Positions 20,474 through 31,091 of a stretch of 64,000 bases of DNA are shown here, in pieces. The notes beneath the pieces were generated by a model that did not search any database, was not told the origin of the DNA, and saw only the letters and a program-made list of their open reading frames with translations. The translations under genes were made by a program, and so were the position numbers. The stretch is from an uncultured delta proteobacterium (lineage in GTDB: Bacteria > Myxococcota_A > Polyangia > Fen-1088): assembly GCA_963737265.1 (NCBI GenBank), contig CAVTRY010000006.1, positions 1 through 64,000 of the forward strand. The letters are read 5' to 3'. Positions within the stretch are counted from its first letter, which is position 1, and every line of letters begins with the position of its first letter.

Positions 20474-21739
20474 GAGGTTGCCGGGAGCGAGGGCGTCGGG
20501 AGCGGCGGGTGTCGGATGTCCGCTCGTCGTCGCGCCTTCGATGGTCGCCCGGAAGTGCGCCACCATGCCTCGGGCGATGTCGTCGATGGCGTGTTGCCGC
20601 CGCACATCTTCCCGCCCGCGCAACCCCATCTCGGCAAGCTCTGCCAGAGGAGCGTCGAGGATCCGCCGAATGCTATCGACGAGAGCTTCGACCGAGCCTG
20701 CCGGTACGAGCCAGCCGTTCCGTCCGGGAACAACCAATTCGGGAATTCCTGCCACAAACGTGCTGAGCACGGGACGCGCGCGCGCCAGCGCTTCCATGAT
20801 GACGACTGGCAGCCCCTCGGCAAAGCTAGGCAGTACGAACGCACAGCTCTCATCAAGAGAACGCCGAATCGTTTCGCTGTCGGCCCAGCCCAAGATACGA
20901 ACGCTCGGGTCAAGATTGTTGCGCTTGATGGCAGCCTCGAGCTCGCTACGCAGGACTCCGTCGCCAATCAACACGAGCTCGACTTCGCGACCTTCCCTGT
21001 GCAACCGAGCCATCGCCTCGACGAGAAGAAGTTGGCCCTTCTGCTCACACAGGCGACCAACAGTAACCAGTCGGCGCGGGCCGTGCATCGGACTCGGAGG
21101 CGGACCCAAAAACTGGTCATCCACGCCGCAGCGAACGACCTTGATGCTCGACCAGTAGCGAAATCCGCAGCGCCGGAACAGCTGGCTACGTCCGTAGCTG
21201 CTGATGGCCGCGACAAAGGACGCGCGTGCGATTTTCTCTCCCAGTCCCAAGATGAGCGCCTTGTCGAACTCCTCGGGACCATGCGCCGTGAAGCTGTAGG
21301 TCGGGCCTCCCATGTGATGGCACAACATCGCCACCGTGGTGGAATTGGTACCAAAATGGGCGTGGACATGCTGAATCTTTTCTCGCGCGAGCCAGCGCAC
21401 GAGAACGCAGGCTTCGGCGAGATAAACGAGGTGCCGCAATAAGCCGCGGTCTGAGCGCCAGCCAACGCGTATGGCAAGCCACAGCGCGCCGACAAAGAGT
21501 GCGGAATGCGCTGCGAACATCCGCACCATGGCTTGTAACAACCCAGTCCAACCGGCATCTAGTACGATATGCGTCTTCCTAGCTTCTTCCTGGTCAAGGG
21601 GATCGACCAGATGGTCCGTCGTCCGTCGGAGACTGCAGCGCATGACTTGGCAACCCTCTCGTTCGACCGCGAGGATCTCCCGCCGAATGAAGACATGGCT
21701 GATCTTCGGGTACTGGTTCACGAGGTAGGCAATTCTCAT
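20453..21739 (-). CDS. GT4 glycosyltransferase (WcaL-like)
   Basis: MRIAYLVNQYP, HVHAHFGTN, VGRLCEQKG, EGLPVVIMEALA. Confidence 0.93.
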   Translation of the reverse strand: MRIAYLVNQYPKISHVFIRREILAVEREGCQVMRCSLRRTTDHLVDPLDQEEARKTHIVLDAGWTGLLQAMVRMFAAHSALFVGALWLAIRVGWRSDRGLLRHLVYLAEACVLVRWLAREKIQHVHAHFGTNSTTVAMLCHHMGGPTYSFTAHGPEEFDKALILGLGEKIARASFVAAISSYGRSQLFRRCGFRYWSSIKVVRCGVDDQFLGPPPSPMHGPRRLVTVGRLCEQKGQLLLVEAMARLHREGREVELVLIGDGVLRSELEAAIKRNNLDPSVRILGWADSETIRRSLDESCAFVLPSFAEGLPVVIMEALARARPVLSTFVAGIPELVVPGRNGWLVPAGSVEALVDSIRRILDAPLAELAEMGLRGREDVRRQHAIDDIARGMVAHFRATIEGATTSGHPTPAAPDALAPGNLLEHRTG

Positions 21740-21997
21740 CGCGGGAACCTTAGCACGCGTATGCGCGATCCGGCGGGAGGCCCGGTGGGCGTCGGTCGGC
21801 TCAACGGTCCCATTGGAGAACGGCATTTCGCCGGTCTTCCTAGTTCCGACCAGCGAGTTCCCCATTGCATCGCTCGACGAGATTTTTCAATGTCCTAAGT
21901 GTTACTAGCCCGTTGCGTTGTGTAAGCCACTTCACGCTTGACATGCAAACGGCCACGTGGTCTCTTTCACCTTCAAATTCAAAAATAGGAACCTAGC

Positions 21998-23407
21998 ATG
22001 GGATCATCAAGTGGAACACTAAGGCGTCACGAGGCTTGGGTAAGCTCTCTGCAGCGCTTGGTTGATGCTGCGACTGTGATACTGGCCCAACTACTCGCGC
22101 ACTCAGTCTACGGTGAGGCGTGGCGCGAGCAGACGATGACGATTACAGTCATCGGACTGTTGGTATATGGATTCGCGGCTGAGGTGAGTGGCCTTTATCG
22201 GCCGTGGCGGATGGAGACCATCCTTCGCGAAACCAAGGATACGCTGATTGCGTGGTTGCCGGTTCCCCTGGCGCTGCTGGCATTCTGGTTCTTTACCAAG
22301 ACCTCGACGCAATACTCCCGCGTAGCTGCGTTCGGTTGGTTCATCCTTGCGCCGATCTTGCTCTGCGGCTTGCGTGTCGTCGTCCGGATCGGATTGCGCA
22401 TCCTCCGCGCCCAGGGACGCAACATGCGTCGAGTTGCCATCCTCGGCTGCACCAAGGATGCCGAACGACTGGCCGAGTCGTTTGAGAATCTCCCTTGGCT
22501 CGGGCTCAGTCTGACCGGAGTGTTCGATGACCGTTCCGAGAAGCGCCGGCATGTTCCAAAACATCCGCGGTGCAAAGTCGTCGGCAATTCGGAGGACTTG
22601 ATTCGCCAATGCCGCCAGGGTTTGATCGATGTGGTTTACGTCGCGCTGCCCCTGCGCGCCGAGCTGCGCACGGCCGGGCTTCTTTCCGTTCTCGCGGATA
22701 CCACGGTGACCGTCTACCTGGTGGCCGACTTTCTCTACTACAGTCTGCTGCGCGCGCAGTGGAGCCAGGTTGGCAATATCCCTGTGGTCAGTGTTCACGA
22801 TTCTCCCTTCGAGGGCGTGGTTGGGTGGGTGAAGCGAATGGAGGACTTGGTTCTGGGAAGTTTGATTGTCCTGCTCACCGCGATCCCGATGATCTGCATC
22901 GCCATCGCCATCAAGGCCAGTTCGCCTGGACCGGTTTTCTTCCGGCAGTGGCGCTACGGTTTGAGCGGAAGGAAAATCCGCATCCTCAAATTTCGCACCA
23001 TGAAAGTGTGCGAGGATGGCCCCGCCATCGTCCAGGCTTCAAAGAACGATCCACGCGTCACCAGGGTTGGACGGTTCTTGCGTCGAACCTCGCTCGACGA
23101 GTTTCCACAGTTCCTGCAGGTTTTGAGCGGCGAGCTCTCGCTGGTCGGCCCGAGACCGCATGCCGTGGCTCATAACGAGCAATACCGGGCACTCATTCAC
23201 GGCTACATGCTTCGTCACATGGTCAAGCCCGGAATCACCGGCTGGGCGCAGGTCAATGGCTGGCGGGGAGAAACAGCCGAGCTGGAGAAGATGGAGCAGC
23301 GCGTTCAACACGACTTGGAATACATCCGCAATTGGAATCTCCTCCTCGATCTGAAGATCATTTTTCTGACGATTTTCGGCGCCAAAAAGGGCCGAAACGC
23401 CTACTAG
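21998..23407 (+). CDS. wcaJ: Undecaprenyl-phosphate glucose phosphotransferase (WcaJ-like priming transferase)
   Basis: KFRTM, DPRVTRVGRFLRRTSLDE.PQF, VGPRPHA, VKPGITGWAQVNGWRGET. Confidence 0.93.
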   Translation: MGSSSGTLRRHEAWVSSLQRLVDAATVILAQLLAHSVYGEAWREQTMTITVIGLLVYGFAAEVSGLYRPWRMETILRETKDTLIAWLPVPLALLAFWFFTKTSTQYSRVAAFGWFILAPILLCGLRVVVRIGLRILRAQGRNMRRVAILGCTKDAERLAESFENLPWLGLSLTGVFDDRSEKRRHVPKHPRCKVVGNSEDLIRQCRQGLIDVVYVALPLRAELRTAGLLSVLADTTVTVYLVADFLYYSLLRAQWSQVGNIPVVSVHDSPFEGVVGWVKRMEDLVLGSLIVLLTAIPMICIAIAIKASSPGPVFFRQWRYGLSGRKIRILKFRTMKVCEDGPAIVQASKNDPRVTRVGRFLRRTSLDEFPQFLQVLSGELSLVGPRPHAVAHNEQYRALIHGYMLRHMVKPGITGWAQVNGWRGETAELEKMEQRVQHDLEYIRNWNLLLDLKIIFLTIFGAKKGRNAY

Positions 23408-23449
23408 ATCTTGCCCTCACTCGACGAGTCACCTGGCTCTTCGTCAGCG

Positions 23450-24170
23450 ATGCTGGCGCGGCTTGGTTTGGTTTTTCGCCAGCCCGGTGTCGTTACCAGG
23501 GAAGCGCGCCTGGCTCAAGAGCACGACCGGCTTCTGCCGGAAGAAGCTGCCGTCGTCTCCACCTCGGTCGAAAAACGGCGGCAGGAATTTACCGCCTCGC
23601 GGAGTTGTGCTCGCCAGGCATTGGCCCAAATTGGCATCACCGACTTTCCCTTACTCCCCGATCAGCATCGTGCGCCCATCTGGCCCGCGTCGGTCGTGGG
23701 ATCCATTACACACACCGATGGTTGTCCGAAGGGATACTGCGGCGTGGCCGTTGCCGAGCGGCGCATCGCTATGGCGTTGGGCCTAGATGCCGAGCCGAGC
23801 CAGCCCCTTCCCCGCGACGTCTGGCGGTTGGTGCTCGAACGAGCTGGAGCAGCGGGACGCTCGGCAAACCCCGTCACCAGGAATCCGCGCACGGTTAATT
23901 TTCTCCGCGAAGGAAACCACGTACAAGACCCTCTTTCCCATTTTCAGGCAGTTTCTTGAATTCTCTGACGTGCACGTCGACTTTGCGCCCGAGCCGGGCG
24001 TTTTCTATTCCGAGCTAGTCGGCGCGGCCCGAGATCTTGGTCTGGCCGAGACGAGACTTGTGGGACGATTCGTCATCGATGACGAGCTGTTGGTCACCGG
24101 TATGATCCTGCCTGCCTCCGGTTTAGGGCTTGCCCTAGAAGGGCTGTCGCTTCACCATGATACTTGCTAG
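23450..24170 (+). CDS. 4'-phosphopantetheinyl transferase, EntD/Npt type (frameshift near 23835)
   Basis: KRRQEF...R.CARQAL, P.WP..VVGSITHT and LGLDAE in one frame; FSAKETTYK in the next frame. Confidence 0.88.
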
Positions 24171-24191
24171 GAGAGGACGCAGGACGCAAGC

Positions 24192-26701
24192 TATGGGGCT
24201 CAAACGCGGTGACAACGACGAATCCGACCACGAGACGCTTAGCTTTGCTGAGTTCGTCAATCGCGACGGCCCTCGTCCGAGCTCCGATGGAGCTTCGCTC
24301 ATCCTCGGTGAGCCGGGCGACGATCAGCATGTCTTTCCCCTGACCCGCAATCCCACGGTCATCGGACGGTCGAACAACGCGGACCTAGTCCTTGCCGATC
24401 CGACAATTTCTGACTTTCACGCTCGTATTATCAAGCACAGTTTCGGATACACGGTTGAGGACATGGGGTCGGTTGAAGGAACCTTTGTGGGCGAACGTCG
24501 CATCAACCACGCCCGCCTGGTCAACGGCGACACCCTCCGGCTCGGAACCACTATGCTCACCTTCGTGAACGAGCGGGAGGGTCGCTCCAAAGACCAGGCC
24601 AAGACCATGGCGCTGGTGACGGTGCAAGGCACCGCGAAGGGACTGGCACCTCGCACGACCATCGTACGAGATTCCCATTCGCGACCCAACACCGTACGTC
24701 GCATTGAAACTCCACCAACGCCAGAGACCAGGTGGAAAGCGGCAGACGGCCACGATGTCGAGCCCTCGCTCGACGATATTCTGCTCAAGATCGTCCACGC
24801 CTTTCGCTTCATTCGACAACACGCCCGGCTGATGCTGACCTTTGCAATCGCGGGCACTGCCCTCGGTGCCGCCAGTTACAAATACTTTCCCCCAGCGCGC
24901 GCCGCCTATTGCGTCGTGACCCTGCACCATGCACCCAAGGCCAATCCCATCGAGCCAGACACGAGCCAGCCTCACTCCGATTCGATGCAGTTCTTCGCCG
25001 ACGCCGAGCGATCCTTCGCCAGCCGCGCCAACATCATGTCTACACTCAAACGGCTCGGCGTGGTCAACCCCGACGAAACATCAGCCGACGGCATCGCCAA
25101 GCGGATGCGCTTCGAATCGCTGGGCGACGATACCTACACAGCCACGCTGACTCCAAGCCCTTTTGGCCGACGCGACGGTAGCCACGTGGGGTTTCTTGAT
25201 GCCCACGTCAAGAATTACGTCGAGTCGGAAGTCGAGAAGAAGCTCAAGGTCTTCGTCGCGGAAGTTGACTTTCTACGCTCCCAGACCGAGGCATCCGACA
25301 AGCGCCTGCAGGAAATTTCGGAGCAGACCGTGACCTTTCGCGAAGCCCATTCGGATCAGATCCTCGGCGCAGGGAAGCCTGACCGCGGGTTCGCCGGCAG
25401 GGCTCGAAACGCGCCGAATCGAGCTCTCTGGGCAGATCAATCGCCTTTCCGGCGAACTTGAGGGGATTCGCAGCCAGCTCGCCCGCGGCAGCGCGCTCAG
25501 CCAGGCCAAGGCACAATCGGGGCAGGCTGACCGGGATGCCCTTGCCAGCGTCCGTCGCAAGCTCGGCGAACTGCGGGCGCAGGGGTTTGCCGACGGGCAT
25601 CCCGATGTCGAGCGCCTGCTTACGGAGCAGAAAGAGCTGCAGAGGGTGGTGGATGAACATGTCCGTTCCGATGTAACCCAGTTCGAAAAACGTTCGAATA
25701 CCGCCTACGACACGCTGCAAAGCCAAGCCGATCAACTGGGAGCCCAGCTCAGGGCCGCGCGATCTGAACGAGAGTTCATCGAGTCCAGCCTGCGCTCCCT
25801 GCGCGTGGTTAGCAATGAGTCGCCCAAGGTCAACGCACGGATTGATGAGCTGATGCGCATCAAGGAAGAGGTGGTTCGGCAGCACGGTCTTCTCTTCGAT
25901 CGTTTGAAGAAGGCTGAGGTCCAACTCCAGCTCGAACGCGTGTCCGCGACCTCTCGCTACGAGATCGTGATCCCAGCGCGACTGGAGTCGCCACCAGGTC
26001 GGAAGGCCTATGCCCTGCGGCTAGCGTCGGGGCTAGGGCTTGGCCTCTTGCTGGCAGCTCTCGTGCTTGGCATCGGTGAGCTGATCGGGCGCTTAACCAG
26101 GGTGGCACAGGGAAACGCAGCCACGGTTGTGGTATTGCTTGGTTTTGTTGCCTCTCTCGCGATGGGTTGCGCCCACGACGAAAGGTTTACCTGGGTGGAG
26201 GACGTCCCGCTGAGGGAATCTGGCTCTGAAGGCATCATCCACGCGCGCGACACGATTTTGGTCGAAGTTCGGAAGCAGCCAACCCTTTCGGGTGAATTCG
26301 TCGTCCGCGACGATGGACACTACGCGCAGCCCATGGTGGGTAGCGTTCATGTCGCCGACCTGACGCCTGGGCAAGTTGCCAGGGGCGTCGCTATAGCCCT
26401 CAAGGACGTTGTGGTCAACCCCGCGGTGTCGGTCTGGATTACCAAAGTATCCCCAATTCGCGTCAGCGTGGTTGGCGAGGTAAAGACGCCAGGTACGTTC
26501 GAGCTCGCCCGCGATCGGGGCCTGCTTGCCGTGCTTGCCCTGGCGGGTTGGCTGACCGAGTTCGCGCACAGTGACCGCGTCTTTGTCGTGCGGGCGGGCG
26601 GCGGGGATCGGATCCGCTTCCGCGTGCGTGACATCACGACAGCCGAGCCGCACGCCGCCCAGTTCGTGCTGGCGGATTCGGACGTCGTGGTCGTGGAGTA
26701 G
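24192..26701 (+). CDS. FHA + polysaccharide co-polymerase (GumC/Wzz-like) + OPX/Wza (Poly_export, SLBB) fusion; one frameshift near 25366
   Basis: FHA (IGR...ISDFHA...S.EGT), TM, coiled coil with HPDV, TM, then hydrophobic ...LAMGC and D.I.VEV...LSGEFVVRDDG...VVGEVKTPG...LALAGWLTEFA...L...DVVVVE. Removing one base at ctcggcgcag joins the two ORFs with no stop. Confidence 0.75.
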
Positions 26702-26706
26702 CGACG

Positions 26707-28125
26707 ATGCTCGCCGGCGGCCCGGTGACCCTGTTCGCGCTGTGCTGGCTGCAAGCGAACGCGCAAGTGGAGCTTGGTGGTCGCGCTGAAGTGAGAGCCG
26801 GGGAGATGCCCGTCGTGGTCCAGACCAACGGGACGCCGCAGTATATTTCGCAGGATATCCTAGTTGCCTCGATCACGCCCACCTTGGCGCTCTCCTCGCG
26901 CACGAGTGACAACGAACTGCGGGCTGACTACTCGTCGCGGTTTTTCTGGGGCGTGTCCGACACTGCCGCTCCGCTTCGACCCCTCATCCTGCAGACCTTG
27001 GCGCTCACCGATCTCTATCGGCCTTCAAAGCGCAGCACGTGGCGCATGGAGCTGCACGCGATCTATGGCGAGGAAGATTCGATAGCTCTGGCACAGTTGC
27101 TGCCCGGCCAGGCCACACTGCCGACATCGATGAATATCATTTTGGTAGCAGGATCCGCGGATGCAGCTTGGCGGAGCACGCGCCTAACGACCCTGTCATT
27201 CCGGGTCGCCGCACTTCATCGTCAGCCACTGGACAACACGACATCCGGGGCAAACACGTATGTCCTCAGCACGCAAACGAACGTAGTCGCCACGCCAGAA
27301 TTGAATCATGCGCTTTCGCGCCGCTCGCACCTCGAACTCTCGATTCCCGTCGGCTACTACAATTCCCTCATCAACACCTTGTCACCGCCCAAGCTCGTCG
27401 CACCAAGCGAATTCGTGCTTGCCAGCCACTACAACTCCCTCGCCAACGCGCTGGCACCCACCCCATTGTCAGATCGACTTGATGCTCTCGTCGTTCAGCC
27501 TCAGATCGCCTGGATCGACGAGCTGTCGCGATGGCACCGGCTACACTTGGCCGTTGGCGTTTCCTACGCTGACATCATCAGGCACCCCACTGTGGTCGCT
27601 GGCGCTGCATCCTACCCCCTCCCCTACCCTATCACGCCGATTGTCGACGCCAGCCTGGATTCGCTCCTCCTCAGAACGCGTTCGGTTGTCCTCCGCTCGG
27701 CCCTATCCGCCGGTGTGAGCTGGTACTTGGATCCAGTTCTTGGCACCGCGGTACCGCGCGCGCCGCTCGCGGCTCGTATCGACGCCGCCTTGGGGACATC
27801 CTGGAACGCTGGGGCCTACGTCAATTTCTCGACCGATGCCAGTCGGAAACCGTTGGCGGCGGCAATTCCGGCAGGTATCACCGTTTCCCAGGATGGGTAT
27901 CCGAACGAAAGAAATGGTGGATTTCCGGATGAGACCGTTCTGACCGCCGGCATTCCCGTCCGCTACACCTGGGCGCGGCTCGCATTCGTCGAATTCGCGG
28001 CCCGGTACACCGTGCGCGCTCCCCATCTGCGGGTCCCAGACCAATACTTCCACTGGGGAGAAACCGAAATCTGGGCAACTCTGACGTTGTCCACAGTGAG
28101 CAGATTACCCTTGGGACCATCCTAA
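26707..28125 (+). CDS. Putative outer-membrane beta-barrel associated with polysaccharide export
   Basis: Signal-like N-terminus, alternating amphipathic strands, located directly after the OPX domain. The fold is inferred. Confidence 0.55.
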   Translation: MLAGGPVTLFALCWLQANAQVELGGRAEVRAGEMPVVVQTNGTPQYISQDILVASITPTLALSSRTSDNELRADYSSRFFWGVSDTAAPLRPLILQTLALTDLYRPSKRSTWRMELHAIYGEEDSIALAQLLPGQATLPTSMNIILVAGSADAAWRSTRLTTLSFRVAALHRQPLDNTTSGANTYVLSTQTNVVATPELNHALSRRSHLELSIPVGYYNSLINTLSPPKLVAPSEFVLASHYNSLANALAPTPLSDRLDALVVQPQIAWIDELSRWHRLHLAVGVSYADIIRHPTVVAGAASYPLPYPITPIVDASLDSLLLRTRSVVLRSALSAGVSWYLDPVLGTAVPRAPLAARIDAALGTSWNAGAYVNFSTDASRKPLAAAIPAGITVSQDGYPNERNGGFPDETVLTAGIPVRYTWARLAFVEFAARYTVRAPHLRVPDQYFHWGETEIWATLTLSTVSRLPLGPS

Positions 28126-28231
28126 TCACCAAGACAACACACGGGAATTCGGGCCGCGGTCGCCCATCGCGCGGAGCCTGTGTTTCCACGAGCTGGCGAA
28201 ATCTTCGGACGTCCTCGGGCGGACGATAGAC

Positions 28232-29398
28232 TCAGCTCTTTGGCTTTGGGCGGAGTCCCTCGGTGTGCGTCGCCGGGGGACGAATGTGGGACGAGCGAAA
28301 AACCAGATAGCGGCTGGCTATGAAATTGAATGCCGTCGCGGCGGCAACTCCGACCAGCGCCGCAAGCTGCGGCCGCAGCGAGAAGGTCGTGCCCATAAAA
28401 ACGAGCGTCATGAAATAGTTGATGAGCGCTCCGACCGAGCAGGCCGCCATGAAGCCGATAAACTGCCGTACCCAACTTTCCTTGCGAGCTTCGCCGAAGC
28501 TGAAACGTCGGTTGAGCACGAAATTGAAGCACATGGAAAGGACGATCGCCAACGCCACGGCCGGCTTGGACGGCACGCCCCAGCCAAGAATCACGGTGAG
28601 GAGGACCAGATTCACCACCGTCCCGAGCGCGCCGACGGTCAGGAATTGCAGGAGCTGAGACCACGCGCCGAATTTGAACGAATAGAGCCTGCGCAGATGT
28701 TTGACGTAAAGCAATTGCTGCTTCATCGTCAGCTTGCTCTTGCCGAGCTGTCGGTCCTCGAAATGGATGGGAACCTCGACCACGCGCTCGCACCCGCACT
28801 TGACAATAAGCTCGAGCCCGATCTTGTAACCCACGGGGTTGAAGACCTGGCCAGCCTCGAAGGTGGATCGCCGCAGTGAAAAGAAGCCCGCCATTGGATC
28901 GCGGGCAGCGGTCAGAGGCCGCGCCAACAGGGTAGCCACTCGGCTGTTGAGCCAGCGCAGGAATCCCCAGTCGTCGGAAGTCGATCCGCCGTTCACGTAA
29001 CGAGAGCCAATGACAAAGTCCGCGCCTTCCTCCAGCTTGCGCAACATGTGCGGAATCGCTTCTGGGGGATGGCTGAGGTCGGCGTCCATGCAGACAAGGA
29101 CATCGCCTCTGGCTCGCCTTAGCCCATCGAGCACCGAGGCGCTAAGGCCTCGGTCGGTGGTGCGGACCACAACCTGAACCCAGGCCTCTGGTCGCGCGGC
29201 GATGAGCTCGGCAGAGCCATCGCGGCTATCGTCGTCCATGACGATGACATCGAGATCGAGGCCGCTCTCTTCGCGCACCTTGGCCAGCCGAGCAATCAGG
29301 TGGGGAAGATTCTCCACCTCCCTGTAAGTCGGAACGACGACAGTGACCCTCGACGATCCGCCAGAAGCGGCCTGGGCGACGGACGGCAAATTATCCAA
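28232..29398 (-). CDS. GT2 polyprenol-phosphate glycosyltransferase fused to a GtrA-like domain
   Basis: VVVPTYRE, DDDSRDGS, RGLSASV, MDADLSHPP, GSRY, DPMAGFF, GYKIGLEL; C-terminal FLTVGALG.VVNL...NFVLNRRFSF. Confidence 0.92.
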   Translation of the reverse strand: MDNLPSVAQAASGGSSRVTVVVPTYREVENLPHLIARLAKVREESGLDLDVIVMDDDSRDGSAELIAARPEAWVQVVVRTTDRGLSASVLDGLRRARGDVLVCMDADLSHPPEAIPHMLRKLEEGADFVIGSRYVNGGSTSDDWGFLRWLNSRVATLLARPLTAARDPMAGFFSLRRSTFEAGQVFNPVGYKIGLELIVKCGCERVVEVPIHFEDRQLGKSKLTMKQQLLYVKHLRRLYSFKFGAWSQLLQFLTVGALGTVVNLVLLTVILGWGVPSKPAVALAIVLSMCFNFVLNRRFSFGEARKESWVRQFIGFMAACSVGALINYFMTLVFMGTTFSLRPQLAALVGVAAATAFNFIASRYLVFRSSHIRPPATHTEGLRPKPKS

Positions 29399-29450
29399 GG
29401 AGGTCTTCTTTCGGGCCGAAGTAGGGTGATGGCTCGGTGGGGGGCAAGAT

Positions 29451-31091
29451 CTACCAGAGTTTGCGCAACACCGTTGCCGGATAGTAGTGGCCAAGTATGT
29501 CCCGGTACTTCTTGCCGGCCTCGGCCATACCGATGGCGCCGGTCTGGCACATGCCCACGCCGTGGCCGAAGCCGGCGCCGTGAAAGACCGCGCCGCCGGT
29601 CTGCATTTCCACCACGAAGAGCGAGCTACGCAAATTGCCGAAGGCCTGGCGGATACGAAGCTCGCCTCTGATGACCTCCGAGCGTACGGCGCCGCTGACC
29701 TTCACAACACGTGCCCGACCAGAGACGCCACGCTCCTCGACCTCGATGGACTTGATTGGGCCGAGGCGGTACTTGGCGAGCAGCGTTTCGAGCTCGGCCG
29801 GTGAGCGCAGGACGGTCCAGCGATAGCGATCGCCGCTGCCCAGATGGGACTGTCCGCAGAACGACGGGGGCGGATGGGCGATGAAGGTCGCGATGTTCTC
29901 GGATGTGATGCCGCCAGCGTACGGATCGCCGGCAACTCTCGCGGCGTCGCGATGACCGCGCAGCGAAGGCAACGCCGGCATCTCGGGCCACGCGTTCTCG
30001 TTGTTCTCGGTGTGGCCGCCGCAATTGGCGGAATACACGGTGTCAACCAGATCGTTGCCGTCGGCCTCGAACAGCACTTCGCCGCGCGTGGCCTCGACCG
30101 CGGCTATGGTGCGCGGGGTTTCGTGGCCGGTGCCGGAGTAGACTTGGCAGTGGGTCTGCGAGCAAAGACGAAATGGATCGCCGATGTGGCGCGTCCCGAT
30201 TTTGGAAAGCAGCTCGCCACGCGCCGCGACGGCCTGCGCCTTGAGTGCTTCGTCGGGAGCGCCGGGAAAAATCTCTGCCGCAATCAGCCCGGCGAGCAGC
30301 TTGTTTTCCGGTACGGCGTTGACCACCGCCATGCTGCCCAAGCGGTCGATCGTGACGTACACGCGACCCGCGTAGGATCCGGCGATCTTGAATTTCTCCT
30401 TGCCGCGTTCGCCGCCCCCTTCCACGCGCAAGGGAGCGTCGCCGAGGGGCATGAACCACAGCACGCCTTCGTTGCGAACCTTGAAACCGGACTTTGCGCC
30501 TGTGGCTTCCATCTGGCCGTGGGGTCGGTCGACGAGCTCGGTGAACGTGCCGGGATGAACGAGCGTCGATTTGACGGCTAAACGCTCAAGCGCACGTTCA
30601 GTTTCCTCGGCCGAAGCGAACGGCCCGACGCCGACGATGGCCTCGCGCCGGTCGAGCACCTCGCCGCTCACACCGAAAAGGGTTCCCTGCTCGAAACGCC
30701 GCGCTTTTTCCCCCCTCTCGCTCCAGTTTGCGATTTGCCGATCGGCCTCCCGCCCCTTGGCCACGGGGCCGCGCCACACCACCGCCCAATAGCGCAGCTT
30801 CGCGCCCGACGTGGCCGATGCGCGAATCTGCCAAGAATCATCCGCTCTAATCTCGGGACCACCATCCCCCTCGGGCAAAAGGCGCACGCCACCCGGCCCC
30901 GCGGTGATGGTCACGCTCGAAAGCCCTTCCGCGATCGCCACCGGCACCACCGGTAGTCCATCCTTGGTGAAGCGAAACTCCGCCGAGTAGATCGAGCGCA
31001 GTTTGTCGGCGCCCGAAAATTCATCGGCGGTATGTCCGAGAGTGGGCGTGGCTAGAGCCGCGACCAGCGTTGCAAGCGACCGGCGCTTCAT
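29451..31091 (-). CDS. SpoIID/LytB domain protein
   Basis: EALKAQAVAAR, HCQVYSG, YSANCGGHTE, GAGFGHGVGMCQTGA, IL.HYYP. Confidence 0.92.
   Translation of the reverse strand: MKRRSLATLVAALATPTLGHTADEFSGADKLRSIYSAEFRFTKDGLPVVPVAIAEGLSSVTITAGPGGVRLLPEGDGGPEIRADDSWQIRASATSGAKLRYWAVVWRGPVAKGREADRQIANWSERGEKARRFEQGTLFGVSGEVLDRREAIVGVGPFASAEETERALERLAVKSTLVHPGTFTELVDRPHGQMEATGAKSGFKVRNEGVLWFMPLGDAPLRVEGGGERGKEKFKIAGSYAGRVYVTIDRLGSMAVVNAVPENKLLAGLIAAEIFPGAPDEALKAQAVAARGELLSKIGTRHIGDPFRLCSQTHCQVYSGTGHETPRTIAAVEATRGEVLFEADGNDLVDTVYSANCGGHTENNENAWPEMPALPSLRGHRDAARVAGDPYAGGITSENIATFIAHPPPSFCGQSHLGSGDRYRWTVLRSPAELETLLAKYRLGPIKSIEVEERGVSGRARVVKVSGAVRSEVIRGELRIRQAFGNLRSSLFVVEMQTGGAVFHGAGFGHGVGMCQTGAIGMAEAGKKYRDILGHYYPATVLRKLW

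Noticed and set aside
9020-25370. Frameshifts in folK, wzy-like, PPTase and PCP genes as programmed frameshifting or phase variation
   Set aside because: No slippery or repeat tracts at the sites. They cluster toward the low-quality end of the window, so sequencing error is more likely.
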